Below, piece by piece: positions 34,670 to 43,892 of a DNA stretch of 55,008 bases. Position numbers and translations under genes: made by a program. The DNA lies in assembly GCA_038120575.1 (NCBI GenBank), contig JAYOLY010000001.1:1-55008 (forward strand), in the 5' to 3' direction. Source of the stretch: Rickettsiales bacterium (GTDB lineage: Bacteria > Margulisbacteria > Marinamargulisbacteria > GCA-2716485 > GCA-002719695). The notes beneath the pieces are model-generated. The model had not been told where the DNA came from, searched no databases, and was given only the letters and a program-made list of their open reading frames with translations. The first letter of the stretch is position 1; each line of letters begins with the position of its first letter.

Positions 34670-35629
34670 TTAACCATTAAAAAATTTAACTAAATTACTT
34701 GCACAATCTTCAAAACCTTCAACAAAATTTTCATTATTAAAAATGTGTTTTGCAGCTGTATTTAAATGTACTTTTGCACCGGTTATTTCTTTGTTCCATT
34801 TCTTCATTGTAGCTTCGTCACATACGTTCATTGTAGCTGCGTCCCATACGTGCCATGTAGCTGCGGATAATCCAAAAATAGTGTTAATAGGAGGTTCACA
34901 GATACCTTTAATTGCATGGTCGCATAGGCTGCCAAGTTTGGAAATTCGTTCATCAGTTGAGGTTTTTGAATCAATAATATCAGCAATTAGTTCTTTTGTT
35001 TCGGCATGTTTTGCTCCAAAGTCATCCAAGCTTTTATTTATTTTTTCATGAAAGTCATCCAAGCTTTTATTTATTTCTGCATAAAACTTATCTACTTTAC
35101 TATCTATTTTTTTAACAGTTTTCTCAATAATGCAATCGCCTGATTTTGAATCAGTTGGAACAAGATTATCTATGCTAGAGGACTCTTGTGTTGTTTTAAT
35201 GTAAGAAGTAAGATCCATTTCAGATAATTTGTTCAATGAAGTCCAATCAGTTTTTTCCCGAGAAACTGGACATTTGCCTTGTAAATTACTATTTTTATCC
35301 ATTTTCAAAAGTTCACTTTGTGGTATAGCACAACTTACATCAACAGTTCCATTTGGTGTGATCTCATAATAACTTTTGGAATGTTGTTGATTTGGAGACG
35401 GCACCATTAAGTCGTCAAGATTCCTATTTTGCAATTCTTCCATACTAATTGGGCATGTTGCTCCTTCAGTAATTCTAATTATTGAAGAATCATTGTATTT
35501 AGGAGTTTCACTAAACAATAATCGAGAAGCCACATCTTGTGCTCTCTTTATTGCATTTAAACCCCCTTGAAAAAAAGTCACAGCCTTTTTTTGTGAATTT
35601 TGAACAGTCGTACCAATTAAATACATCAT
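34670..35629 (-). CDS. hypothetical protein with a U-box-like motif pair and internal tandem repeats; candidate secreted effector
   Basis: AGGAGG lies 7 nt upstream and promoter module copy B sits further upstream. There is no signal peptide. ATCPISMEEL...DDLMVPSP...GKCPVSREK resembles the U-box CPI(T/S).E.M.DPV...CP.(T/S)R pattern but with longer spacing. Repeats are EINKSLDDFHEK/INKSLDDFGAK and AATWHVW/DAATMNVC/DEATMKKW. Confidence 0.6.
   Translation of the reverse strand: MMYLIGTTVQNSQKKAVTFFQGGLNAIKRAQDVASRLLFSETPKYNDSSIIRITEGATCPISMEELQNRNLDDLMVPSPNQQHSKSYYEITPNGTVDVSCAIPQSELLKMDKNSNLQGKCPVSREKTDWTSLNKLSEMDLTSYIKTTQESSSIDNLVPTDSKSGDCIIEKTVKKIDSKVDKFYAEINKSLDDFHEKINKSLDDFGAKHAETKELIADIIDSKTSTDERISKLGSLCDHAIKGICEPPINTIFGLSAATWHVWDAATMNVCDEATMKKWNKEITGAKVHLNTAAKHIFNNENFVEGFEDCASNLVKFFNG
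34805..34866 (-). repeat. 24-nt in-frame tandem repeat (2.6 copies) inside the U-box-like gene
   Basis: The copies are cattgtagcttcgtcacatacgtt, cattgtagctgcgtcccatacgtg and the partial ccatgtagctgcgg. Confidence 0.85.
35018..35083 (-). repeat. 33-nt in-frame tandem duplication inside the U-box-like gene
   Basis: aaagtcatccaagcttttatttatt occurs at 35018 and again at 35051, a 25/25 identical core with period 33. Confidence 0.9.
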
Positions 35630-35662
35630 AATTTTCCTCCTAAAGTTGTTTTATTTATTTAA

Positions 35663-35691
35663 TTATCGAAAATAAAAAAAAAAAATTGCAT
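35663..35691 (-). promoter_or_regulatory. sigma70-like promoter module copy B: ATGCAA-N17-CGATAA(T)
   Basis: Gene-sense sequence is ATGCAA-T12AT4-CGATAAT. Exactly 33 nt separate CGATAA from the first ATG (35629), identical to copy A. Confidence 0.55.
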
Positions 35692-35898
35692 AAATTTTAA
35701 AAAAAAATTAATTTAATTTAATTAAAATAATGAATAATTTATTTTTCTGAGTTGCTTATAATGATTCTATATGGGATTATCTTAACCATTTACGATACTA
35801 CATAAATGATGACTAAAAATAATCAAGAACTAATTATCCTTTAAAAAACAAGCGAATTCATGCATAATACGCAAATATTTTATATAAGGGTAGCGCTT

Positions 35899-37086
35899 AT
35901 GCATAAAATCTTAATTATTGGTGCTGGATCAGCTGGTCAAGTTGTTATAAAAAAATGCCTCCAACTACCACATATATTCAGTGATATTCATGTAGCCTCT
36001 AGATCGTTATCAAAGCTTGAAAAACTAAAACAAGATCTTAATAATTCAATATCAGTCTATAAATGTGATGCCGATGATACAAACCAAGTTGTATCACTAC
36101 TTAAGACTATTCAGCCAAAACTTGTCATAAACATGGCATTGCCATACCAAGATTTAAGTATAATGGAGGCTTGTCTAGCTTGTGGTGTACATTATATGGA
36201 TACTGCAAATTATGAACCTAAGGATGAGGCTAAGTTTTGTTATAAATGGCAATGGGACTATCATGAACGTTTCAAAAATGCAGGTTTAATTGCCTTGTTG
36301 GGGTGTGGATTTGATCCAGGTGTAACTAATATCTTTTCAGCATATGCAGCACAAGAACTATTTGATGAGATTGATACGATCGATATTATAGATTGCAATG
36401 CTGGCGATCATGGTCATCCATTTGCAACAAATTTTAATCCAGAAATTAATATAAGAGAAATCACACAAAGAGGAAAATATTGGAAAGAAGGTCAATGGAT
36501 AGAAACAGATCCACTTTCAGAAAAAAAGGAAATTTTTTTTCCTGAGGTTGGAAACAAAACAGCCTATTTAATGTATCACGAAGAGCTAGAGTCTTTAGCC
36601 AAACATATTCCAAATATAAAACAACTTCGCTTTTGGATGACGTTTTCTCAACGTTACCTCACTCATTTAGAGGTGCTACAAAATGTTGGAATGACACGTA
36701 TTGATGCTATCAATTATGAAGGCAAGTCCATTGTGCCGTTACAATTTTTAAAAGCAGTTTTACCAAACCCATCTGATTTAGGAAAAAATTATACAGGAAA
36801 AACATGCATAGGCTGTGTTATTCAGGGCACAATTAAGTCGGAAAAACGAACAAAATTAATCTATAATATTTGTGAACATCAAGATGCATACAAAGATTGT
36901 CAAGCTCAAGCCGTTGGATATACAACAGGTGTACCTGCAATGATCGGTGCTAAAATGATATTGGAAAATGTTTGGACCACACCAGGTACGATTAATGTAG
37001 AGCAATGTGATCCTATTCCATTTATGAGTGATTTAGCTAAATATGGCCTACCATGGAAAGTAATCGACTATGACTATCAACTTTAA
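35899..37086 (+). CDS. carboxynorspermidine synthase (saccharopine dehydrogenase family)
   Basis: The sequence is MHKILIIGAGSAGQ plus a saccharopine-dehydrogenase-like body. It overlaps the downstream carboxynorspermidine decarboxylase. The start was trimmed to the ATG in frame with track ORF 35860. Confidence 0.75.
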   Translation: MHKILIIGAGSAGQVVIKKCLQLPHIFSDIHVASRSLSKLEKLKQDLNNSISVYKCDADDTNQVVSLLKTIQPKLVINMALPYQDLSIMEACLACGVHYMDTANYEPKDEAKFCYKWQWDYHERFKNAGLIALLGCGFDPGVTNIFSAYAAQELFDEIDTIDIIDCNAGDHGHPFATNFNPEINIREITQRGKYWKEGQWIETDPLSEKKEIFFPEVGNKTAYLMYHEELESLAKHIPNIKQLRFWMTFSQRYLTHLEVLQNVGMTRIDAINYEGKSIVPLQFLKAVLPNPSDLGKNYTGKTCIGCVIQGTIKSEKRTKLIYNICEHQDAYKDCQAQAVGYTTGVPAMIGAKMILENVWTTPGTINVEQCDPIPFMSDLAKYGLPWKVIDYDYQL

Positions 37087-38203
37087 CGACGTAGAAACTC
37101 CATCATACATTATTGATGAAAATCAATTACTAAAAAATCTTGAACAATTTCAATATGTAAAACAGCAAACAGGTTGCGACATATTATTAGCCACAAAAGC
37201 ATACTCTTGCTATCACACTTATCCATTAATCAGACAATATTTGGATGGAACAGCTAATTCATCTTTAAATGAAACAAAACTATCCTTTGAAGAATTTGGA
37301 AAGAAAACACATGTTTATTCTCCAGGTTATAAAAAACAAGATTTTGATAAACTAACGTCTTATGCCAGTGCAATCGTGTTTAATTCCATTAATCAGTTTC
37401 AACAGTATAAAGATCAAGTATTATTAAAAAATAGATCCATTTACTTACGACTAAATCCAGAACATATTGAAGTAGAAAATCCGTTGTATAGTCCATGTGC
37501 ACCAGGCTCTCGTTTTGGGATTTTGCTTGACGATTTAAAATCGATTAATTTAGAACATGTCGATGGCTTTCATATACATGCTTTATGCCAAAATAATGAA
37601 GACTCGTTAGGGCGATTAATTGAAAAATCTGAAGAAAAATTTAAAGATTTTTTTATGTTGCCTCAAATAAAATGGGTCAACTTTGGGGGAGGGCATATGG
37701 TATCTCGAAGTGGGTATCAAATATCAGTGTTATGTGATCACATCAATGCATTTCAAAAAAAATATAATGTAACCGTCATTTTAGAACCAGGTGAATCTGT
37801 TGTCTATAATACGGGTTATTTAGTAACAGAAATATTAGATATTGTACAAAATAAAATGGCTATTGCCATTGTAGATACGTCTGCAACTGCTCATATGCCA
37901 GATGTTATAGAAATGCCATATCAACCCACTATTCAGAATGGTGAAAACAATACATCAGGGAAATATGTCTACCGAATTGGAGGGATCAGTTGTTTGTCTG
38001 GAGATATCATTGGAGAATATTCATTTGATCAACCACTACAAGTTGGTCAAAAATTAGTATTTAACGATATGGCTCAATATACTATGGTAAAAAATACTAC
38101 ATTTAACGGAATCGAACTGCCAAAAATTTACATTTATGGTCAAGATAAACAACTAAAATGTGTAAATGAGTTTAATTATGACTCATTTAAATCTAGACTG
38201 TAA
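37070..38203 (+). CDS. nspC: carboxynorspermidine/carboxyspermidine decarboxylase
   Basis: The N-terminal motif is ETPSYIIDENQL. It has alanine-racemase-fold decarboxylase features (LLATKA, GGGH, EPGESVV) and is 377 aa long. Confidence 0.8.
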   Translation: MTINFNDVETPSYIIDENQLLKNLEQFQYVKQQTGCDILLATKAYSCYHTYPLIRQYLDGTANSSLNETKLSFEEFGKKTHVYSPGYKKQDFDKLTSYASAIVFNSINQFQQYKDQVLLKNRSIYLRLNPEHIEVENPLYSPCAPGSRFGILLDDLKSINLEHVDGFHIHALCQNNEDSLGRLIEKSEEKFKDFFMLPQIKWVNFGGGHMVSRSGYQISVLCDHINAFQKKYNVTVILEPGESVVYNTGYLVTEILDIVQNKMAIAIVDTSATAHMPDVIEMPYQPTIQNGENNTSGKYVYRIGGISCLSGDIIGEYSFDQPLQVGQKLVFNDMAQYTMVKNTTFNGIELPKIYIYGQDKQLKCVNEFNYDSFKSRL

Positions 38204-39661
38204 TTATTTAACCCTTAACATCACTTGATAGTCATAACCATCAACATCTAATGTTAGTAAGATGATGTCTGAGCCCGAAATAATTTTATTGTACTCGGCA
38301 ACATGTTTAATTTGGCGTCCATTAACCTCTTGAATAACATATCCCTTTCTAAGTTGACTTTTATCAGACACACTTCCTGGTTTAACATCGTTGATAACAA
38401 GCCCCTTTGATGTGAACAGGCGAAGTTTTTTCTGCAACTCAAGTGAATTTTGTTCAACGGACAAACCTAATTTGTCATAGGTGTTTTTTGATGAACTGGA
38501 GATTTTTTTAGGATCATCAAGTAACACAAATTTAAGATCGAGGACACGTCCCTTTCTAAGCACTCTAATGATGCTTTTATCTCCAATTCTTAATTCAGAA
38601 ATAATGGATCTTAACGATAAGTAATCTGTAATGCGTTTGTTGTTTAATTCAATAATAATATCATTAATTTCTATGCCAGCGTTTGACGCAGATGAATAGG
38701 GCTCTACATCGACTACCAAAGCTCCTGAGCGGCTTGATAAATTGAATGTTTTCATAATCTCATCATTAATAGGTTGAATGGCAACTCCCAGCATTCCACG
38801 TTTCACTTTTCCATATGAAAGCAAATCTTCAACAACTCGTTTGGCTGTACTAGCAGGAACAGCAAATCCAATGCCCATGTAGCCACCACTTTGAGAAAAA
38901 ATAGCCGTATTAATACCAATCAATTGTCCATCAATATTTAAGAGCGCACCACCAGAGTTTCCTGGGTTGATTGCTGCATCTGTTTGAATAAATGAGGCAT
39001 AATTATCGGTATCAATAACACCAGATCGTCCCAATGCAGAAATAATCCCAACGGTAACTGTACTTTGAAGTCCGAAAGGGTTTCCTATTGCAATAGCCCA
39101 GTCCCCAACAGTCAAATCATCTGAAGAAGCTAATTCAACAAATGGTAAATTCATAGCATTCACTTTTAACAAAGCTAGATCAGTTTTTGGGTCACTTCCA
39201 ATAAAGCTAGCTTCAAGTTCTCTGCCATCTGATAAAGTCACCAGCACTTTTGTCGCAGATTGCACAACATGATGGTTGGTTAGCACATAACCTTCTTTTG
39301 AAATAACAACACCAGACCCTATTGCGTTTTTTTGTGACTTATAGCGAGGTACATCAAAAAAATATCGAAAATAAGGATCCTCAAACATTGAATTATTAGA
39401 ATAATAATCACTAGAAGAAACACTTAAACTTACAACAGCAGCAACTCCTTTTTCTGCTACTTTGTTAAATGCTAGTGAGGTTCTCTTTAAAGATTTTATG
39501 TCATCATCAAAAGTATCAGGATCAGAATTGTTTGAAGCAGGTTTTCTTTCAGATTGATACGAATCAAAAAGTTTTTTAAGGTTATCTAATTCAATTTTTT
39601 CAGCATATGAAAATGAGTAGGTAAGAGTACATAGAAATAAAGTGATTAATATTTTTTTCAT
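38204..39661 (-). CDS. degP: periplasmic serine endoprotease DegP/DegQ (HtrA family), two PDZ domains
   Basis: It has a signal peptide. The catalytic triad context is TNHHVV, DLALLKV and GNSGGAL. The C-terminal ~200 aa are PDZ-like. Confidence 0.9.
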   Translation of the reverse strand: MKKILITLFLCTLTYSFSYAEKIELDNLKKLFDSYQSERKPASNNSDPDTFDDDIKSLKRTSLAFNKVAEKGVAAVVSLSVSSSDYYSNNSMFEDPYFRYFFDVPRYKSQKNAIGSGVVISKEGYVLTNHHVVQSATKVLVTLSDGRELEASFIGSDPKTDLALLKVNAMNLPFVELASSDDLTVGDWAIAIGNPFGLQSTVTVGIISALGRSGVIDTDNYASFIQTDAAINPGNSGGALLNIDGQLIGINTAIFSQSGGYMGIGFAVPASTAKRVVEDLLSYGKVKRGMLGVAIQPINDEIMKTFNLSSRSGALVVDVEPYSSASNAGIEINDIIIELNNKRITDYLSLRSIISELRIGDKSIIRVLRKGRVLDLKFVLLDDPKKISSSSKNTYDKLGLSVEQNSLELQKKLRLFTSKGLVINDVKPGSVSDKSQLRKGYVIQEVNGRQIKHVAEYNKIISGSDIILLTLDVDGYDYQVMLRVK

Positions 39662-39722
39662 AGCATTGATTTTAAAATAAAATATTCATGACATATTGTC
39701 TAGATTTAGATACACTAAACCC

Positions 39723-40784
39723 ATGACTATTAAACTGCTATCTCAAATTCTAAATATTGAATCACCGACATATCAAGAAAAGAAGATCAGTCAGTTTATG
39801 TTAACGCTTTTAAAAAAAGAAACAAATCCTGACAAGATATATACTAAAAATGATTCATTAATAGTTTTGTATGGCACTGATAAATCTAAAAAAACTATTG
39901 GGCTTGTGGGTCATTTAGATGTCGTTCCAGATTTTTTTGAATCATACCAACAAGACGGTAAGCTATATGGCGCTGGAGCGTCAGATATGAAAGCTGGTGT
40001 ATCCGCTTTTATAGATTTTATTTTGGAAAATCAAGATCAATTATGCAAAACATTCAACATTGTTTTAATTTTATACACAAAAGAAGAGCGAACCGCACTT
40101 ACTGAAAACGGTTTACATGAACTGATTAAAGCCTATCCTGATGTCATAAAAACAATTGATTGTGCCATTGTTGGAGAACCTACAGATAATACAATTCAAA
40201 TTGGGTGTGTTGGAAGTTTACATCTATCTGTATCTATTTTGGGCAAAGCTTGTCATTCAGCTCGACCATGGCATGGAGAAAATGCATTATACAAATCACT
40301 GCCTTTGATAAAAAAGATCAGCGACATAAAACCTAAAAAAGTATCACAATTCGGAGTAGATTTTTATGATGTCATTGAAATTACTGAAAGTCAGTCCGAA
40401 GCAGGAAGAACATCTATTCCAGGTGCATGGACATGCAACATCAATTATAGGTTTTCACCAAAATCAACAGAAAAAGATGCCCTTAGCTATATTGGCAAGT
40501 TGTTAGATGACTTAAAAATAGATTCCTTATCATATGAAGTTAAAGATTCCGTTTATGCTGGAAAAATTGTTGAAAGCGATTTTTTGAGTAATATTATTAA
40601 TACATTTAATCAGCCTGTTGAAGCTAAGCAGGCATGGACAGATGTTGCTCAACTCGGGCAATTAAACATCCCAGCCTTTAATTTTGGACCAGGAAATCAA
40701 TCTCAAGCACACCAAAAAAATGAATATGTAACCATAAAACAATATAATGACTACTGTAACCTATTAAAAAAATTATTAGACTAA
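39723..40784 (+). CDS. dapE: M20-family metallopeptidase, probable succinyl-diaminopimelate desuccinylase
   Basis: Motifs VGHLDVVP, GAGASDMKAG and EPT are present. It sits directly upstream of dapD. The start was taken at the first ATG, in frame with TTG 39696. Confidence 0.7.
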   Translation: MTIKLLSQILNIESPTYQEKKISQFMLTLLKKETNPDKIYTKNDSLIVLYGTDKSKKTIGLVGHLDVVPDFFESYQQDGKLYGAGASDMKAGVSAFIDFILENQDQLCKTFNIVLILYTKEERTALTENGLHELIKAYPDVIKTIDCAIVGEPTDNTIQIGCVGSLHLSVSILGKACHSARPWHGENALYKSLPLIKKISDIKPKKVSQFGVDFYDVIEITESQSEAGRTSIPGAWTCNINYRFSPKSTEKDALSYIGKLLDDLKIDSLSYEVKDSVYAGKIVESDFLSNIINTFNQPVEAKQAWTDVAQLGQLNIPAFNFGPGNQSQAHQKNEYVTIKQYNDYCNLLKKLLD

Positions 40785-40798
40785 TTAAAAGGAGCATT

Positions 40799-41827
40799 AT
40801 GACGACATTAAAAGTTTTAGCATTAGGAATAAAAAGAGAGAAAAAAGATAGTGTATTAGATGTTTATTATCCACACATTCAAGTAATCAAAGAGTCAGTT
40901 CAGTTGACATGTGCCAAAAATATTTTTTCTGATCTAGCTGAAGAGATAGAGTCTTTTTTTGATGAAGATATAACGTCATTTAAAACTATATCACAACAAA
41001 ATCAATCATATTGTGATATTAAAAAAGGATATTATTACATAGATGATTTAAATCTAGCTATACAAACAGCAGAAGAGGCTTATTTAAAACTTCATCTCAT
41101 ATCTAAGCGACTAGTAAAACCACATGAAATAAATCTTGAAGGTTTATTTGGAATATTAACAAATGTTGCATGGACAAACAAAGGACCTATCTTGCCAAAC
41201 GATCTTGATTCGGTGCGATTGCAATATATCATGTCAGATCAACCTTTAGTGGTTAGTCATGTAGACAAATTTCCTTACATGATCAATTACCATGTTCCAT
41301 CTGGTGTAAGAATTGCAGCAGGAAGCCAAGTTCGACTCGGGGCATATTTGGGTGAAGGTACAACAGTAATGCCAGCTGGTTATATCAATTTCAACGCAGG
41401 AACACTTGGGCACGCAATGGTAGAAGGTCGTGTATCTGCTGGGGTTGTTGTCGGCGAAAAAAGTGATATAGGAGGAGGCGCTTCTATTATGGGGACTCTT
41501 TCAGGGGGTAATAAAACAGTCATTTCAATCGGAGATCAATGTTTGTTAGGTGCAAATTCTGGAACCGGAATTTCTTTAGGAACAGGGTGCACAATTGGTG
41601 CTGGTGTATATATTACTGCAGCTATGCCTATTTTTTTGTATAATAATGACAATAATCCGATTAATTTGAACGGAGATATTGTTACTGAACCGAATAACTG
41701 TGTAAAGGGTGAAGACTTATCTGGTAAAACATTCTTATTGTTCATCCAAGATAGTAAATCTGGAAAAGTTATTTGCAAACCTAATAAAAAATTAATTCAG
41801 TTAAACAACGATTTACACAACAATTAA
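40799..41827 (+). CDS. dapD: 2,3,4,5-tetrahydropyridine-2,6-dicarboxylate N-succinyltransferase (long form)
   Basis: The hexapeptide-repeat block is GAYLGEGTTVMPAGYINFNAGTLGHAMVEGRVSAGVVVGEKSDIGGGASIMGTLSGG. The 342-aa length matches long-form DapD. Confidence 0.8.
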   Translation: MTTLKVLALGIKREKKDSVLDVYYPHIQVIKESVQLTCAKNIFSDLAEEIESFFDEDITSFKTISQQNQSYCDIKKGYYYIDDLNLAIQTAEEAYLKLHLISKRLVKPHEINLEGLFGILTNVAWTNKGPILPNDLDSVRLQYIMSDQPLVVSHVDKFPYMINYHVPSGVRIAAGSQVRLGAYLGEGTTVMPAGYINFNAGTLGHAMVEGRVSAGVVVGEKSDIGGGASIMGTLSGGNKTVISIGDQCLLGANSGTGISLGTGCTIGAGVYITAAMPIFLYNNDNNPINLNGDIVTEPNNCVKGEDLSGKTFLLFIQDSKSGKVICKPNKKLIQLNNDLHNN

Positions 41828-42246
41828 GGTTGTTTTTGATGATAGTCTAAATTGATTTTTTTGACATGTAATGTAATTGATTGCAAATCATCAATTAAAA
41901 GTTTTTTGCCATAGCCATATTTTTCAATGTCTGGACGACCTTCGAAAATAACGCGATAAACGTCATTATAACTGCTTTGCTGAACCCATGAACTTTCAAT
42001 TAAGCTAGGCCCTTTGTCATTACCTTCTCCACTGTAACCGTGGCATTTATAGCAGCGAAGTTTATACTCCATTTCACCTTTAGCTAGACGTTCAGGTTTG
42101 GAATTCAAACTTTGCCATTGCTGATCCGGAATTGGGTTAAAAACTTTGGCTGGAGAGACAAAAAATTGAGCTAAAAAAGAGATACTCCATAGACATAATC
42201 CCATGAGTAAAATAAAAAAGAAGGATACAAGTATTTTTTTATTCAC
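41824..42246 (-). CDS. membrane-anchored class I c-type cytochrome
   Basis: It has an N-terminal TM helix and a single heme-binding CYKCH motif. Confidence 0.7.
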   Translation of the reverse strand: MNKKILVSFFFILLMGLCLWSISFLAQFFVSPAKVFNPIPDQQWQSLNSKPERLAKGEMEYKLRCYKCHGYSGEGNDKGPSLIESSWVQQSSYNDVYRVIFEGRPDIEKYGYGKKLLIDDLQSITLHVKKINLDYHQKQP

Positions 42247-42299
42247 ATTGGTAATCTTAAAGGTTAAACTGTAATTATAAAAGAGGAAAATTGAAGTTT

Positions 42300-43460
42300 A
42301 TGAAAAAAAAATCAACTAAAATCAAACAACAATTAATGACATTGATTACTGTGTCTTTTTTTGTTTTTTCTATATATATTTTCATCATTCAACAGGTCAA
42401 TAGTGCCACTAACTCTAAAGACATGGCCAATCATATAGCTATTCAACTGAGTGAAACAATTATTGAAAAAACGTTTAATTTTTTAATGCCGGCAATGCTG
42501 ATTTCTGAAACATCAGCTAATTTAATGCAATCAGGAATTTTGTCATCTAAAAATCTTGATCTTATAGAAAGATCATCACTCAATTTTATCAAACCACATC
42601 ATCAGTTAAGTAATTTTTATTTTGCAGATATGGATGGAAATTTTGTTATGGTATCCAAACAAAATGATCTGTTTACTGAAACAAGATTGCAAAAAAAAGA
42701 TTTCCCTAACAAGGTTGAATTAATCAAAAGAAATCAACAAGGTCAAATTATTTCTAAAGAGAGTCAACCTAGCACTTTTGTTCCAAGTGAAAGGCCTTGG
42801 TTTATTGGAGCTCTGAAGACAAAAAAACAATTTTGGACAAATCTTTATGTGTTTCATACTAAAAAATATCCAGGTATCACGGCATCATTCCCAGTTATTG
42901 ATAAAGAAAATAAAATTATTGGCGTATTTGGTGTTGATATAGAACTTCAGAACGTCTCCAGTTTTTTGGATGGTCAAATAGAAAATTATGCAGCAACAGC
43001 GTTAATATTAGACGAAAAAAATAATGTTGTCGCTAAACCTGGAGAGTTGATATTTAATACTGATATTGATGGGACGATTAAGCCTATTTCAAAAGAAAAT
43101 TTGAATGATAAATTTATTCAAACTGCGATCAATTTATATGAGAAGAATAATAAAACAACATTTACTTTTGACTATAAAAATGAAACATTTAATTCCTTTG
43201 TTCGAGATTTTCCAAGCTACTTTGGAAAAAGTTGGAAAATGGTTATTTTATTATCCAATCAAAATAATGGGGTTCAACCTAGTTTTTCATATGTCTTTTT
43301 CGCCAGTATTTTATTAGGATTAATTTTATTCATTATATTAACCTACAAACTTATAATTAAAGTAATCAGATACCCAATTCAACTTCTCGATAAATCAATA
43401 AATATTTCGTCTAATGAAAAAAATGCTATTCTTGAAAAAGAATTTATTGAAATGGTGTAA
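42300..43460 (+). CDS. double-Cache-like periplasmic sensor protein without a recognisable output domain
   Basis: The architecture is TM1 (LMTLITVSFFVFSIYIFII), ~290 aa periplasmic and TM2 (VFFASILLGLILFIILTY). Cache-typical motifs ERPWFIGA and GVFGVDIEL are present. Only ~40 cytoplasmic residues follow TM2. Confidence 0.6.
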   Translation: MKKKSTKIKQQLMTLITVSFFVFSIYIFIIQQVNSATNSKDMANHIAIQLSETIIEKTFNFLMPAMLISETSANLMQSGILSSKNLDLIERSSLNFIKPHHQLSNFYFADMDGNFVMVSKQNDLFTETRLQKKDFPNKVELIKRNQQGQIISKESQPSTFVPSERPWFIGALKTKKQFWTNLYVFHTKKYPGITASFPVIDKENKIIGVFGVDIELQNVSSFLDGQIENYAATALILDEKNNVVAKPGELIFNTDIDGTIKPISKENLNDKFIQTAINLYEKNNKTTFTFDYKNETFNSFVRDFPSYFGKSWKMVILLSNQNNGVQPSFSYVFFASILLGLILFIILTYKLIIKVIRYPIQLLDKSINISSNEKNAILEKEFIEMV

Positions 43461-43464
43461 TCTG

Positions 43465-43845
43465 ATGAGATTGTTGCATGTGATGTTAAGAGTGAGACAT
43501 TTAGACACATCAATTAATTTTTATAAAACTATTTTTGGAATGACGTTACTAAGAAAAAAAGATTATCCAACGGGTCGATTTACTCTTGCATTTTTGGGCT
43601 ATGGTGAAGAAAAAGATAATACTGTACTTGAATTGACACATAACTGGGATACTACAGATTACGACTTAGGGACGGCTTATGGACATATTGCCATTGGGGT
43701 CGATGACATTTATCAAACATGTAAGTTTATTGAATCCCAAGAGGGCAAAATAGTCAGACCACCTGGACCCATGAAACATGGCACAACGCTATTAGCTTTT
43801 GTAGAAGATCCAGATGGCTATAAAATTGAGTTGTTACAACGATAG
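43465..43845 (+). CDS. gloA: lactoylglutathione lyase (glyoxalase I)
   Basis: Motifs LLHVMLRV.HLD.SI.FY, LELTHNW, GHIAIGVDD and DPDGYKIEL are present. The start was trimmed to the ATG in frame with track ORF 43414. Confidence 0.85.
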   Translation: MRLLHVMLRVRHLDTSINFYKTIFGMTLLRKKDYPTGRFTLAFLGYGEEKDNTVLELTHNWDTTDYDLGTAYGHIAIGVDDIYQTCKFIESQEGKIVRPPGPMKHGTTLLAFVEDPDGYKIELLQR

Positions 43846-43892
43846 TTTAGGTTAAGTGTTTTAAATATAACAAAAAAGGGTATTTGAATATT

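Noticed and set aside
33653-35898. A direct repeat of the tRNA-Asn 3' end (att site), or integrase or transposase remnants, that would delimit a genomic island.
   Set aside because: I found no copy of the tRNA 3' segment (ggttcgaatccgacc...) downstream and no recombinase-like ORF in any frame. The islet idea is therefore kept only as a low-to-moderate interest finding.
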